A stretch of DNA of 36,388 nucleotides from Candidatus Marinamargulisbacteria bacterium (GTDB taxonomy: Bacteria > Margulisbacteria > Marinamargulisbacteria > SXXA01 > JAHFDB01), in contig CAXNHA010000002.1 in assembly GCA_964202165.1 (NCBI GenBank), positions 1 through 36,388 on the forward strand, written 5' to 3'. Each line of letters starts with the position of its first letter. Position 1 is the first letter of the stretch. The notes beneath the pieces are model-generated. The model saw only the letters and a list, made by a program, of their open reading frames with translations. It had not been told where the DNA came from and made no database searches. A program made the translations under genes and the position numbers. This document shows positions 23,940 through 32,885 of this stretch, one piece after another.

Positions 23940-24068
23940 CTTGGTAATAGCACTCCTTTTTGCTTGGAAAAAATATAGAAAAAGCGGTTTGGTTTATAGT
24001 TTGGGTGTAGACAGGGGGGTATTGTGAATCAGAATCTCGACTGTAACATGCCAAGATAGCCAAGGCAA

Positions 24069-25934
24069 ATGGAGCGTGTTATGATCGACAATCATAAAGC
24101 CATGAACCATTCTTCTGACCTTATTCATACCTTCCATATCCCTGTTATGGGGACGGCTTTTACGATTGATTCACCTGTCAAAGTAGCTCGTTTTGGTATC
24201 ACATCCGTTGTCTCTATTGGAGACGATGAATTATGCGAGTACACGCGAGAACACTATACACAATCCCTGAGGGAGTCTTTTGAGCCCATTACCAAAAAAG
24301 ATCACGATTACCGGGCAAAACGCATTACCGCCTATTTGAATCTGATTAATCGTATTGTTGAGCAACAAATGGTCACCATGGCGCAGCTTCCTTTTGGTTT
24401 AAACAATGATCTTGCAAAATACTTCGAGCTGTTACCGGAAAATTCTGAGATCAAAAAAACCTATATCAAGATGATATCTTTGCCAGAAGGATCCGAAAAA
24501 CAAATGCATCAAGCCTATTTGAAAACCTGTATTAGGCCAGGCTCCATTGATGTGAATATCATGACCAAAATCGACCGGGACACCTATGATCAAAACGGAG
24601 AGTTGCTGCCTGAGCATTTTTCAGATGCCTTAGCTGCTCTAAGAGGGTATGCACTGAGTACATTGTCTTCGGCCGTTGAGTTTTCTGCCGGGTTCAATCG
24701 TCGCCTGTATGCTTATATCGAACAGTTTGATGATTTTTTTCCAGATGCCACAGGGTTTATCAAAAAACAAATCGTGATCAAAGTGTCTGATGTAAGATCA
24801 TCGCTCATTCAAGGAAAGTTTTTGGCTAAAAAAGGGCTTTGGATTTCTGAGCATCGCATTGAATCAGGCTTGAATTGTGGCGGACATGTTTTTCCAACAG
24901 AAGGCCATCTCATGGGGCCTATCTTAGAAGAATTTAAACAAAAAAAAGATACGATCGCATCCACATTTTACGACATGGTAAACGACGCCTTGCTAAAAAA
25001 GGGAAGATTTACTTTTTTACAAACTCCTCCCATGCGTATCACCGTACAAGGTGGGGTTGGTACAGCCAATGAACACCAGTTTTTGCAAAAAGAGTATGAG
25101 GTAGATTCGGTTGGTTGGGGCACTCCTTTTTTATTGGTTCCAGAAGCCACCAATGTAGATGAAAAAACCCGTACGTTATTGGCAACCTCTCCGAGGGAAA
25201 ACTTTTATACCAGTGGGATTTCTCCTCTAGGCGTGCGATTTAATACAGTTAGAGGAACAGATAGCGAAGAGCTTAAGCTAAGACGAGTAGAGGAAGGAAA
25301 GCCGGGTAGTCCCTGCCCAAAAGGACATTTGGTTAACAATACTGAGTTTACAAAAAAACCGATTTGCACAGCATCCACCACCTATCAAAAACGAAAGATA
25401 GAACAATTAAAATCTCTGCAACTATCTCCTGATATCTTGCAAAAAGCTTTTCAAAAAATTATTGACAAAGCCTGTTTATGTGAAGATCTAGCCGCTTCAG
25501 CCTTGATCAACCACCATCAAATCAACAAACGAATCCTAGCACCTGCTATTTGCCCGGGACCCAATATGGGTTATTTTGACCGTACAATGACTTTGTCAGA
25601 GTTGGTTGCCCATATTTATGGGCGTCTGCACGTGATGACGCATGCCAATCGGCCCAATTTGTTTGTATCAGAACTGAGGTTGTATATCGAACACCTTGTT
25701 TTTGAGATCAAGGAGTCGCTACCAAAACCAACTTCCAAACAAATTGGCTATTTTCAGTCCTTCCAGAAAAATCTGATGGAAGGCATTCAGTATTACAAGC
25801 AATTGATCCCAAAATTTACCCTCGAAACCCAAAAGTATCGAGATGCAATGAAAGACGAGCTTCAAGCCATTCGCAATGAGCTAGAGGCTTTAGGGCATGC
25901 ATATCCGCACATCTTTGAGAATGCATTGTCATGA
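24069..25934 (+). CDS. conserved-looking protein of unknown function (621 aa), possibly a TIM-barrel (nitronate-monooxygenase-like GGH motif) with a Cys-rich C-terminal half
   Basis: Long ORF, with an ATGA overlap to the downstream ABC ATPase gene. Motifs seen are HIPVMGTAFTIDSPVKVARFGITSV, ESGLNCGGHVF, VQGGVGTANE, and the Cys set CPKGH...C...CLC...CPGP. No family was identified with confidence. Confidence 0.7.
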   Translation: MERVMIDNHKAMNHSSDLIHTFHIPVMGTAFTIDSPVKVARFGITSVVSIGDDELCEYTREHYTQSLRESFEPITKKDHDYRAKRITAYLNLINRIVEQQMVTMAQLPFGLNNDLAKYFELLPENSEIKKTYIKMISLPEGSEKQMHQAYLKTCIRPGSIDVNIMTKIDRDTYDQNGELLPEHFSDALAALRGYALSTLSSAVEFSAGFNRRLYAYIEQFDDFFPDATGFIKKQIVIKVSDVRSSLIQGKFLAKKGLWISEHRIESGLNCGGHVFPTEGHLMGPILEEFKQKKDTIASTFYDMVNDALLKKGRFTFLQTPPMRITVQGGVGTANEHQFLQKEYEVDSVGWGTPFLLVPEATNVDEKTRTLLATSPRENFYTSGISPLGVRFNTVRGTDSEELKLRRVEEGKPGSPCPKGHLVNNTEFTKKPICTASTTYQKRKIEQLKSLQLSPDILQKAFQKIIDKACLCEDLAASALINHHQINKRILAPAICPGPNMGYFDRTMTLSELVAHIYGRLHVMTHANRPNLFVSELRLYIEHLVFEIKESLPKPTSKQIGYFQSFQKNLMEGIQYYKQLIPKFTLETQKYRDAMKDELQAIRNELEALGHAYPHIFENALS

Positions 25935-26845
25935 GCACAATTGATATTCAGTCGGTCAAGAAAATATATGCAGGACATGTGGAGGCTCTCCATCATATCA
26001 ATTTATCCGTATCTCAAGGAGAGTTTTTTGGGCTTTTAGGCCCAAATGGAGCAGGAAAATCCACCCTCATCGGCATTTTATGTGCCTTGGTCACCAAAAC
26101 ATCTGGCAAAATTATCATCAATGGGTTTGACCACGATATCCATCCTGAGCAAGCCCGCTTGCAATTGGGGATTGTTCCTCAAGAATTTAATTTTAATATT
26201 TTTGAATCCTGTCTTCAGATTGTGATCAATCAAGCGGGTTATTACGGGGTGCCTCGCAAACAAGCTCAAAAAAATGCAGAAAAATTATTTCATCAATTGG
26301 ATTTATGGGAAAAACGCGATACCCCTTCTGCCCGTTTGTCAGGAGGTATGAAACGACGGCTGATGATTGCACGCGCACTTGTACATGGTCCAAAAATTTT
26401 GATTTTGGACGAACCTACTGCTGGAGTAGACATCACCCTGAGACGCTCTATGTGGGAATTTTTAAAAAACCTCAATGAAGAAGGGGGCATGACCATTATT
26501 CTCACGACACATTACCTAGAAGAAGCCGAAAGCTTATGCAAACGGATCGCCATTATCAACAAAGGCTCTATTATCGCGGATATGCCCACAGTAGATCTGC
26601 TAAAACAACTGGCAAGCGAGACACTCATTGTATATACCCGAGAGGCTGTAACACAGTTGCCCGCCTTGCCTTTTCCCCTTACCTATGTGGATGATCACAC
26701 ATTGGAAGTAGAGCTCCTGAGAGACCAGAGCGTCTCTGCCCTGGTCGCTGCGTTTCATACAGCAGGTATAGACATAGACCGTATCAAAAACAAGGCCAAT
26801 CGGCTGGAAGAACTATTTGTAAAGTTGGTGGGAGAGTCATCATGA
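25931..26845 (+). CDS. yadG: ABC transporter ATP-binding protein (ABC-2/YadG type)
   Basis: Walker A GPNGAGKST, signature LSGGMKRRL, Walker B ILILDEPT. It pairs with the ABC-2 permease downstream. Confidence 0.88.
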   Translation: MSTIDIQSVKKIYAGHVEALHHINLSVSQGEFFGLLGPNGAGKSTLIGILCALVTKTSGKIIINGFDHDIHPEQARLQLGIVPQEFNFNIFESCLQIVINQAGYYGVPRKQAQKNAEKLFHQLDLWEKRDTPSARLSGGMKRRLMIARALVHGPKILILDEPTAGVDITLRRSMWEFLKNLNEEGGMTIILTTHYLEEAESLCKRIAIINKGSIIADMPTVDLLKQLASETLIVYTREAVTQLPALPFPLTYVDDHTLEVELLRDQSVSALVAAFHTAGIDIDRIKNKANRLEELFVKLVGESS

Positions 26846-27621
26846 ATTCTCTAACCCGTGCACAATGGACTGGGTTTTATACCATTGTAAGAAAAGAATT
26901 GGTCAGGGTGTTTCGCATTTGGACGCAAACCCTCTTGCCATCTGTTGTTACCACAACCTTATATTTTCTTATTTTTGGAGGTTTTATTGGATCTAGGATT
27001 GGAAAGGTACATGGGGTAAGTTACGCCCAGTTTATTGTTCCGGGATTGATTATGATGAGTGTCATCACCAATGCCTATGCCAATGTATCCTCTTCATTTT
27101 TTGGGGCAAAATTTCAAAGAAATATTGAAGAAATGCTGATATCTCCCATGTGTGGTATGGTGATTGTATGGGGGTTTATCACAGGAGGGGTGATGAGGGG
27201 CTGTATTGTGGGGCTTTTGGTGACTCTGATTTCCTGGTTTTTTGCACCCTTGCATATCTTACATCTTGGGATTGTGCTGGTTACTATTTTTTTATCCGCG
27301 ACCGTTTTTGCAACTTTGGGATTTTTAAATGCCATGTTTGCTCGAAAATTTGATGATATTTCAATTGTTCCGACATTTGTACTGACACCGCTGATTTATT
27401 TGGGAGGGGTGTTTTATTCTATTCAAACCCTTAGTCCTTTTTTTCAGACACTGTCTTATTTTAACCCGGTGATTTACTTGATCAATCTGTTTCGTTTCGG
27501 ATTTTTAGGATTTTCTGATATCCCTGTTGGAGCATCGCTTGTGGGGCTCTTTTTGTTATCTGGTGTGCTTTTGGCCATTTCTGCTCATTTACTAAACCGT
27601 GGAATAGGTATGAAAAATTGA
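26842..27621 (+). CDS. yadH: ABC-2 family permease (YadH type)
   Basis: FRIWTQTLLPSVVTTTLYFLIFGGFIGSRIG...FIVPGLIMMSVITNAYANVSSSFFGAKFQRNIEE closely matches E. coli YadH as I recall it. It has six TM segments and an ATGA overlap with the ATPase gene. Confidence 0.85.
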   Translation: MNSLTRAQWTGFYTIVRKELVRVFRIWTQTLLPSVVTTTLYFLIFGGFIGSRIGKVHGVSYAQFIVPGLIMMSVITNAYANVSSSFFGAKFQRNIEEMLISPMCGMVIVWGFITGGVMRGCIVGLLVTLISWFFAPLHILHLGIVLVTIFLSATVFATLGFLNAMFARKFDDISIVPTFVLTPLIYLGGVFYSIQTLSPFFQTLSYFNPVIYLINLFRFGFLGFSDIPVGASLVGLFLLSGVLLAISAHLLNRGIGMKN

Positions 27622-28394
27622 TTTCCCTTCTCACCCATCTTACTGAGATGGCTGATGACATTTCTCTTCACTATTTTAATGCTTACCACGGGTATTCTTC
27701 GGTAAGGGAGTCCTTGCAGATTGAGGTTAAATCTGATTTATCTCCTGTGACACAGGCGGATTGCGAAATTGAGTCTAAAATTCGCAAAATTCTGGCAAAA
27801 GATTATCCCCATATTCAAGTGATTGGTGAAGAGTTTGGCACTCCGGATACATTGGGCGATACACAATTGATTATTGACCCTATTGATGGTACTAAAAATT
27901 TTATTGCAGGGATTCCCTTTTTTGGATCGTTGATGGCTATTCAAGAAAAAGGCAAAATAGTGGCCTCTATGGTATCGATGCCCCGTTACCGAGAAAGATG
28001 GTGGGCCATTGCTGGCCAAGGAAGTTTTTATAATGGCCATAAAATAAGGGTATCTTCAGTACAAACACTAGGCGAGTCCATGGCCTTTCATAGCAGTTTT
28101 TCTGGAGAAAAAGCCAAGCAATCCCCACAAGGTCTTTTGCCACTCCTCAATGCCACAAAACGCCAACGAGGCTATGGGGATTTTTATGCCCATATGATGG
28201 TGGCCATGGGATGTGGGGAGTTTGCCTATGACTGTAACTTGAAGATTTGGGATATTGCTCCGCTTAAGCTGATTGTAGAAGAAGCCGGCGGCATCGTGAC
28301 GGATCAATGGGGTCAAAATCGATACGATACGGGCACGATACTGTCCAGTAACGGGCAGTTTCATACTGAGTTGGTCCAACGATTGGCAACATAA
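27618..28394 (+). CDS. inositol monophosphatase family protein (SuhB/HisN-like)
   Basis: DPIDGTKNF and WDIAPLKLIVEEAGG motifs. The TTG start overlaps the previous stop, and an internal ATG (MADDISL) is an alternative. Confidence 0.8.
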   Translation: MISLLTHLTEMADDISLHYFNAYHGYSSVRESLQIEVKSDLSPVTQADCEIESKIRKILAKDYPHIQVIGEEFGTPDTLGDTQLIIDPIDGTKNFIAGIPFFGSLMAIQEKGKIVASMVSMPRYRERWWAIAGQGSFYNGHKIRVSSVQTLGESMAFHSSFSGEKAKQSPQGLLPLLNATKRQRGYGDFYAHMMVAMGCGEFAYDCNLKIWDIAPLKLIVEEAGGIVTDQWGQNRYDTGTILSSNGQFHTELVQRLAT

Positions 28395-28401
28395 GTTAAG
28401 A

Positions 28402-28965
28402 ATGAGGGTTATTGCAGGAAAATGGAAACGGCGGCTTTTGGAATTTCCACCAGACAAGTCGTTTAGGCCTACACAAGATCGGGCAAAAGAAGCTCTTTTT
28501 AGCCGAATTCATCCTTTATTGGCCGGGGCTAAGGTGCTGGATTTATGCTGTGGGAGTGGATCGCTGGGAATCGAAGCCCTTTCAAGAGGTGCCTCTAGCT
28601 GTGTATTTGTCGATCTCGATATCCGGTATGCTTCTAAAAACCTTACAACCCTTGATGCCCTGTCCCAAGCAACCCTTGTGCGGCAGTCTATTACCGTGTT
28701 TTTGACCACATGTGTACAAAAAGAAGCCTCGATCGTTTTCTTAGATCCGCCGTGGTGGGTCTTGCATGAGGGCAACCGGTTGCCCAATCCTTTATTCGAT
28801 CATACATTGAAGCTGGTTGAGCAGTTTGATATACTCTCCGAACAAGGTATTTTGGTGTGTGAACATCCGTCCTCTCTTCGTCTAAATGCTCATTATACGC
28901 CCACCCATTCAAACCGTTATGGACAGACAACAATCACCATTTTTTCTCGCAAGGACTTGTTATGA
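28402..28965 (+). CDS. rsmD: 16S rRNA (guanine966-N2)-methyltransferase RsmD
   Basis: MRVIAGKWKRRLL..RPTQDRAKEALF, SAM motif VLDLCCGSGSLGIEALSRGA, FLDPPW, and conserved rsmD-coaD synteny. Confidence 0.86.
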   Translation: MRVIAGKWKRRLLEFPPDKSFRPTQDRAKEALFSRIHPLLAGAKVLDLCCGSGSLGIEALSRGASSCVFVDLDIRYASKNLTTLDALSQATLVRQSITVFLTTCVQKEASIVFLDPPWWVLHEGNRLPNPLFDHTLKLVEQFDILSEQGILVCEHPSSLRLNAHYTPTHSNRYGQTTITIFSRKDLL

Positions 28966-29450
28966 TCCGTGCCATATATCCTGGAAGCTTTGATCCCATT
29001 ACCAATGGCCATATTGATGTTGTCCGGCGAGCAAAAAAACAGTTTGAACATGTGATGATAGCCGTCATTCAAAACCCCAATAAACAGTCTTTTTTTTCAG
29101 TAGAAGAACGGATCTACCTCATAAAAGAGATATTTGCCACAGATACACACCTTGAGGTGGAGGGATTTCAGGGATTGTTGGTAGATTTTGCAAAAAAGAA
29201 ACAAATTCATACCATTATTCGAGGACTGAGAGCGGTATCAGATTTTGATTATGAATTTCAAATGGCTTTAACAAATCGCCATTTATTCTCAGATATTGAA
29301 ACGGTGTTTTTAATGACGGATGAAAAATTTTCTTATCTTAGCTCGAGTATGGTCAAGCAGCTAGCCCAGTTTGGGGCCTCTTTGACAGACTCAGTGCCCG
29401 CCTCGGTGAGCAAGGCCCTGCAAGAAAAATGGAGCTCCCTTCGGTCATGA
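28962..29450 (+). CDS. coaD: phosphopantetheine adenylyltransferase
   Basis: AIYPGSFDPITNGHIDVVRRA and ISSSMVKQ-like C-terminal motifs. The length is 162 aa, with an ATGA overlap with rsmD. Confidence 0.93.
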   Translation: MIRAIYPGSFDPITNGHIDVVRRAKKQFEHVMIAVIQNPNKQSFFSVEERIYLIKEIFATDTHLEVEGFQGLLVDFAKKKQIHTIIRGLRAVSDFDYEFQMALTNRHLFSDIETVFLMTDEKFSYLSSSMVKQLAQFGASLTDSVPASVSKALQEKWSSLRS

Positions 29451-29830
29451 ATGATATTTTAGGAATGTTGGATACGCTAGATGCTTTTGTTGCAACCGCT
29501 AGCCGTGTTCCTTTTTCTGACAAAGTGCTGATTGAGCCTCACCGCATACGGGACTTGATTTATAAAATACGCGACACCATCATCTCCTATCAGCAGGAAG
29601 CGCCCTTGCCACAATCTTTCTCAGATTCTGTGGAAAACCCTGTGTCAGGAGAGGCTATTACCACCATAGAACAAGCCAAAAAAATAGAGAAAGGAGCAAA
29701 AGAATATGCACAACAGGTACTGGCAAGCCTGCAACTGGTTCTATCAAAAATGAAAAAAGATTTGATCAAGCTAGAAAAAAACATTGATTCGGGACGAACC
29801 CTATTAGAAAAGGATTTTTATGAGAGATAA
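29447..29830 (+). CDS. hypothetical coiled-coil protein (conserved N-terminal pattern L..LD.L...V...SRVPFS.KVLI)
   Basis: ATG at 29447 forms an ATGA overlap with the coaD stop; the track ORF starts at 29429. The protein is helical and K/E-rich. It resembles a family often mis-annotated as 'ATPase'. Confidence 0.55.
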   Translation: MNDILGMLDTLDAFVATASRVPFSDKVLIEPHRIRDLIYKIRDTIISYQQEAPLPQSFSDSVENPVSGEAITTIEQAKKIEKGAKEYAQQVLASLQLVLSKMKKDLIKLEKNIDSGRTLLEKDFYER

Positions 29831-30530
29831 CCGTGCAACACATGCCATCCGACCCCTGACCCTCCAACGGTCTTTTACCAAACATGCATTGGGATCTGTC
29901 TTGATTGCATATGGAGACACAAAAGTCTTGTGTACAGCTTGTATAGAAGAAAAAGTGCCTCCTTTTATGAGAGGACTCCAAAAAGGCTGGTTGACGGCCG
30001 AGTATTCCTTATTACCTGGTGCCACCCATACCCGCTCCTCTAGAGAAGCAGCAAAAGGTAAACAAACAGGTCGTACCCAAGAAATCCAGCGGCTCATTGG
30101 ACGTTCCTTGCGCTCTATCCTTGATTTTTCTGCGTTGGGAGAGCGTACCATTCAAATCGATGCTGATGTGCTTCAAGCAGATGGGGGCACCCGTACAGCC
30201 GCTATTACAGGTAGCATGGTTGCCTTGCATGACGCTGTTTCTGTTTTGTTGCACAATGGGATGATTCAAACCAATCCCATCAAAGAATGGTTGGCAGCAG
30301 TCAGTGTGGGTATATGTGACCAGCAGGTAAGATGCGATCTAGACTACGACGAAGATGTCCAGGCATCAGTCGATATGAATTTGGTCATGACAGAAAGCGG
30401 ACGGTTTATTGAGATTCAAGGGACAGCAGAAGGAGATCCTTTTGATAGTCACCAGTTGCAAGAACTGCTCCGAGTTGGTCGCGAAGGGATTATAGACATT
30501 TTGGGTATCGTCAAAGCACAACTCGGATAA
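29820..30530 (+). CDS. rph: ribonuclease PH
   Basis: [45 protein letters not shown], and [18 protein letters not shown]. Confidence 0.94.
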   Translation: MRDNRATHAIRPLTLQRSFTKHALGSVLIAYGDTKVLCTACIEEKVPPFMRGLQKGWLTAEYSLLPGATHTRSSREAAKGKQTGRTQEIQRLIGRSLRSILDFSALGERTIQIDADVLQADGGTRTAAITGSMVALHDAVSVLLHNGMIQTNPIKEWLAAVSVGICDQQVRCDLDYDEDVQASVDMNLVMTESGRFIEIQGTAEGDPFDSHQLQELLRVGREGIIDILGIVKAQLG

Positions 30531-30535
30531 GTATC

Positions 30536-31132
30536 ATGCAAGGTTTTTCTATTTCTCAGCGTCACCATGGGTTAATTGCCAAACAAGTGGAGACAAATTT
30601 TCCGCAAGAGTGTGGCGGATTTTTAGGAGGTATAGGCTATACCATTCAAGCGGTTTTACCCACGTTTAACCAGCACTTGTACGATAAAACCGATACATAT
30701 GCTTTGGTAGGGGAAGACTTCATCAGAGCCCGAACATTTTTTTCAAAGCACCAGCTTGAGTATTTTGGTGTCTACCATTCTCATCCAAATGGAGTCGCCT
30801 ACCCTTCCCAAGCAGATATCGATACAGGGCATAAATATCACTTTATCATCAGCATTCAAGACAGTCGAAAAATTGAATTTAGGGTATTTGAGATTCAGAA
30901 TAGGGAGGTCCTATCAATCCCGTTGGAGGTTATTCCAGACAATAAATTTCAGGTGGTGGATATCTTCAAAAAAAAAGAGTCTTCCCTTCTTCCTCCTCAT
31001 CAACCCATGAGAGACGTTCAGTCAGAGGTAAAGCTACTAGAATCATATATGGACAATATCCGCCATTCATCACCGTTGTATCCAAAATTTAATCCGATTC
31101 GACTGGACTCTGACTTCAGCACATTGGCCTAA
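30536..31132 (+). CDS. JAB/MPN (JAMM) metalloprotease-domain protein with ~65-aa C-terminal tail
   Basis: Complete JAMM signature: E in ECGGFLGG and HSHPNGVAYPSQAD (H-x-H-x7-S-xx-D). Confidence 0.8.
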   Translation: MQGFSISQRHHGLIAKQVETNFPQECGGFLGGIGYTIQAVLPTFNQHLYDKTDTYALVGEDFIRARTFFSKHQLEYFGVYHSHPNGVAYPSQADIDTGHKYHFIISIQDSRKIEFRVFEIQNREVLSIPLEVIPDNKFQVVDIFKKKESSLLPPHQPMRDVQSEVKLLESYMDNIRHSSPLYPKFNPIRLDSDFSTLA

Positions 31133-31224
31133 GTTCTCTAGATTGCATACGGGTTGATGTGTTACCCTTGGGTAAACGCTTTTGTGGAGGTACAGTTGAG
31201 GTCTATTTTTATATTGTATTTTAA

Positions 31225-32184
31225 ATGAAGGAGAAAAATGTGCTGATTAGATCTAATAAAAAAGTAACAGTGGTGGGAGCTGGTTTTGTGGGATCCACAG
31301 CCGCTCAAAGATTGGTAGAAAAACAATTGGCTGACGTTGTTCTCATCGATGTTGTTGAAGGACTTCCTCAAGGAAAAGCCCTGGATATGATGCAATCTGC
31401 GGCCATAGAGGGGTTTGATACCCACATTATTGGAACAAACGCATACCAAGATACTGCCAATTCTGATGTGGTAATCATCACCGCAGGAATTGCACGAAAA
31501 CCAGGGATGTCTCGAGATGATCTTCTTGTTACCAATGCCAAGATTATGAGTGATGTTGTCTCTCAGATTGTTGCCCATTCTCCCAAAGCCATCTTGATCG
31601 TGGTATCTAATCCTTTAGATGCCATGACATGGTTGGCCTTCAAAAAATCAGGGTTACCTTCGGAGCGTGTATTTGGGATGGCTGGTGTATTGGATTCCTC
31701 TAGGTACGCTCGTTTTATTGCAGAGGCCTTGTCATGCTCTATTAAGGATGTTCGAGCTATGGTGTTGGGGGGACATGGGGATTCTATGGTGCCTGTTCCT
31801 CAGTACTCAACTGTGAATGGCATTTCTATTATCGATTTATTGCCTTCGGATCAAATAGAGGCCATTAATGCCCGTACCCGAACAGGTGGAGCCGAGATTG
31901 TAGGTCTTCTTAAGACGGGTAGTGCTTATTATGCACCCTCTGCTTCGGCTGTTGCTATGGCTGAAGCCGTTCTTTTGGACTCCAATCGAATCTTACCTGT
32001 CTGTACGTATTTGAAGGGCGAATATGGTATTCAAAATTTATACTGTGGGGTCCCCGTTGCTCTTGGCAAAAATGGGGTGCAAAAAATTGTGCAATTGCCA
32101 CTGGCAGATGCCGAGCTCAAAGCCCTTCAAAAATCAGCGGAAGATGTACAAGAGTTGATTGCCAAATTGGCTTCATTTGCATAA
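31225..32184 (+). CDS. mdh: malate dehydrogenase (LDH-like type)
   Basis: [12 protein letters not shown] Rossmann motif, [17 protein letters not shown], and GGHGDSMVP. An alternative GTG start at 31240 lies 6 nt after AAGGAG. Confidence 0.92.
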   Translation: MKEKNVLIRSNKKVTVVGAGFVGSTAAQRLVEKQLADVVLIDVVEGLPQGKALDMMQSAAIEGFDTHIIGTNAYQDTANSDVVIITAGIARKPGMSRDDLLVTNAKIMSDVVSQIVAHSPKAILIVVSNPLDAMTWLAFKKSGLPSERVFGMAGVLDSSRYARFIAEALSCSIKDVRAMVLGGHGDSMVPVPQYSTVNGISIIDLLPSDQIEAINARTRTGGAEIVGLLKTGSAYYAPSASAVAMAEAVLLDSNRILPVCTYLKGEYGIQNLYCGVPVALGKNGVQKIVQLPLADAELKALQKSAEDVQELIAKLASFA

Positions 32185-32203
32185 CGGATAAAAGGAGTAA
32201 ACG

Positions 32204-32866
32204 ATGGGTAAATACAGGTGTTCGTCTATTTGCAAAAAACAAATAGTTGCCATTACAGGGTTGTTGTTGGTGCTTTTTTTGATCATGCATCTTGCTGGCA
32301 ATTTATTGATTTATAAAGGTCCAGAAGCCATTAATGGGTACAGCCAGACCTTACATTCTCTGGGCGGACTTCTCTGGGTGGCGCGGATTGGGTTATTGGC
32401 TGTTTTTTTAACCCACATTATTTTTACCATTTTAGTTGTCATCGAAAATCGAAAAGCAAGGCCCACCCCTTATGAAGGGGGTGCATCCTACAAACAACGC
32501 TCATTGGCCACACGGCTCATGCCCTATACAGGCACTATTTTGCTGGCCTATATCATAAGCCATTTATTGGATTTTACGATTGTATCAAAGGGGGGCTCTG
32601 CGACATTTATCAATGGTCAAAATTTTGGATTGTACGGTCGCATAGTCAATGAATTTGGGGAGCTAGATGCTGTCCTGTGGTACGTGATTGCAATGGGAGC
32701 CATCGGGTTTCATTTGGCACATGGCATTCAAAGTGTCATGCAATCATTTGGATGGAATCATCCCGTTTATACACCTCTTGTCAAAAAAATGAGTGTCCTA
32801 GTGGGCACAGGGATTGCAGTTGCATTTGCAAGTATCCCCATCTATATATGGCTGGTTATTTCTTAA
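32204..32866 (+). CDS. sdhC: succinate dehydrogenase/fumarate reductase cytochrome b subunit (single-subunit b558 type)
   Basis: 220 aa with five TM helices carrying conserved His ([31 protein letters not shown]). It lies directly upstream of sdhA/sdhB. Confidence 0.82.
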   Translation: MGKYRCSSICKKQIVAITGLLLVLFLIMHLAGNLLIYKGPEAINGYSQTLHSLGGLLWVARIGLLAVFLTHIIFTILVVIENRKARPTPYEGGASYKQRSLATRLMPYTGTILLAYIISHLLDFTIVSKGGSATFINGQNFGLYGRIVNEFGELDAVLWYVIAMGAIGFHLAHGIQSVMQSFGWNHPVYTPLVKKMSVLVGTGIAVAFASIPIYIWLVIS

Positions 32867-32885
32867 TCAAGAAGGAGCACACACA

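Noticed and set aside
31162-31185. A possible intrinsic terminator after the JAMM gene (TTACC-CTTG-GGTAA followed by a T-containing stretch).
   Set aside because: The stem is only 5 bp and AT-rich, and the T tract is interrupted. It is too weak to call.
32814-32885. Upstream extension of sdhA given by the ORF track (start at 32814).
   Set aside because: The extension overlaps the sdhC 3' end by 53 nt and encodes non-SdhA sequence. ATG at 32886 has an AAGGAG RBS and yields the canonical N-terminus.
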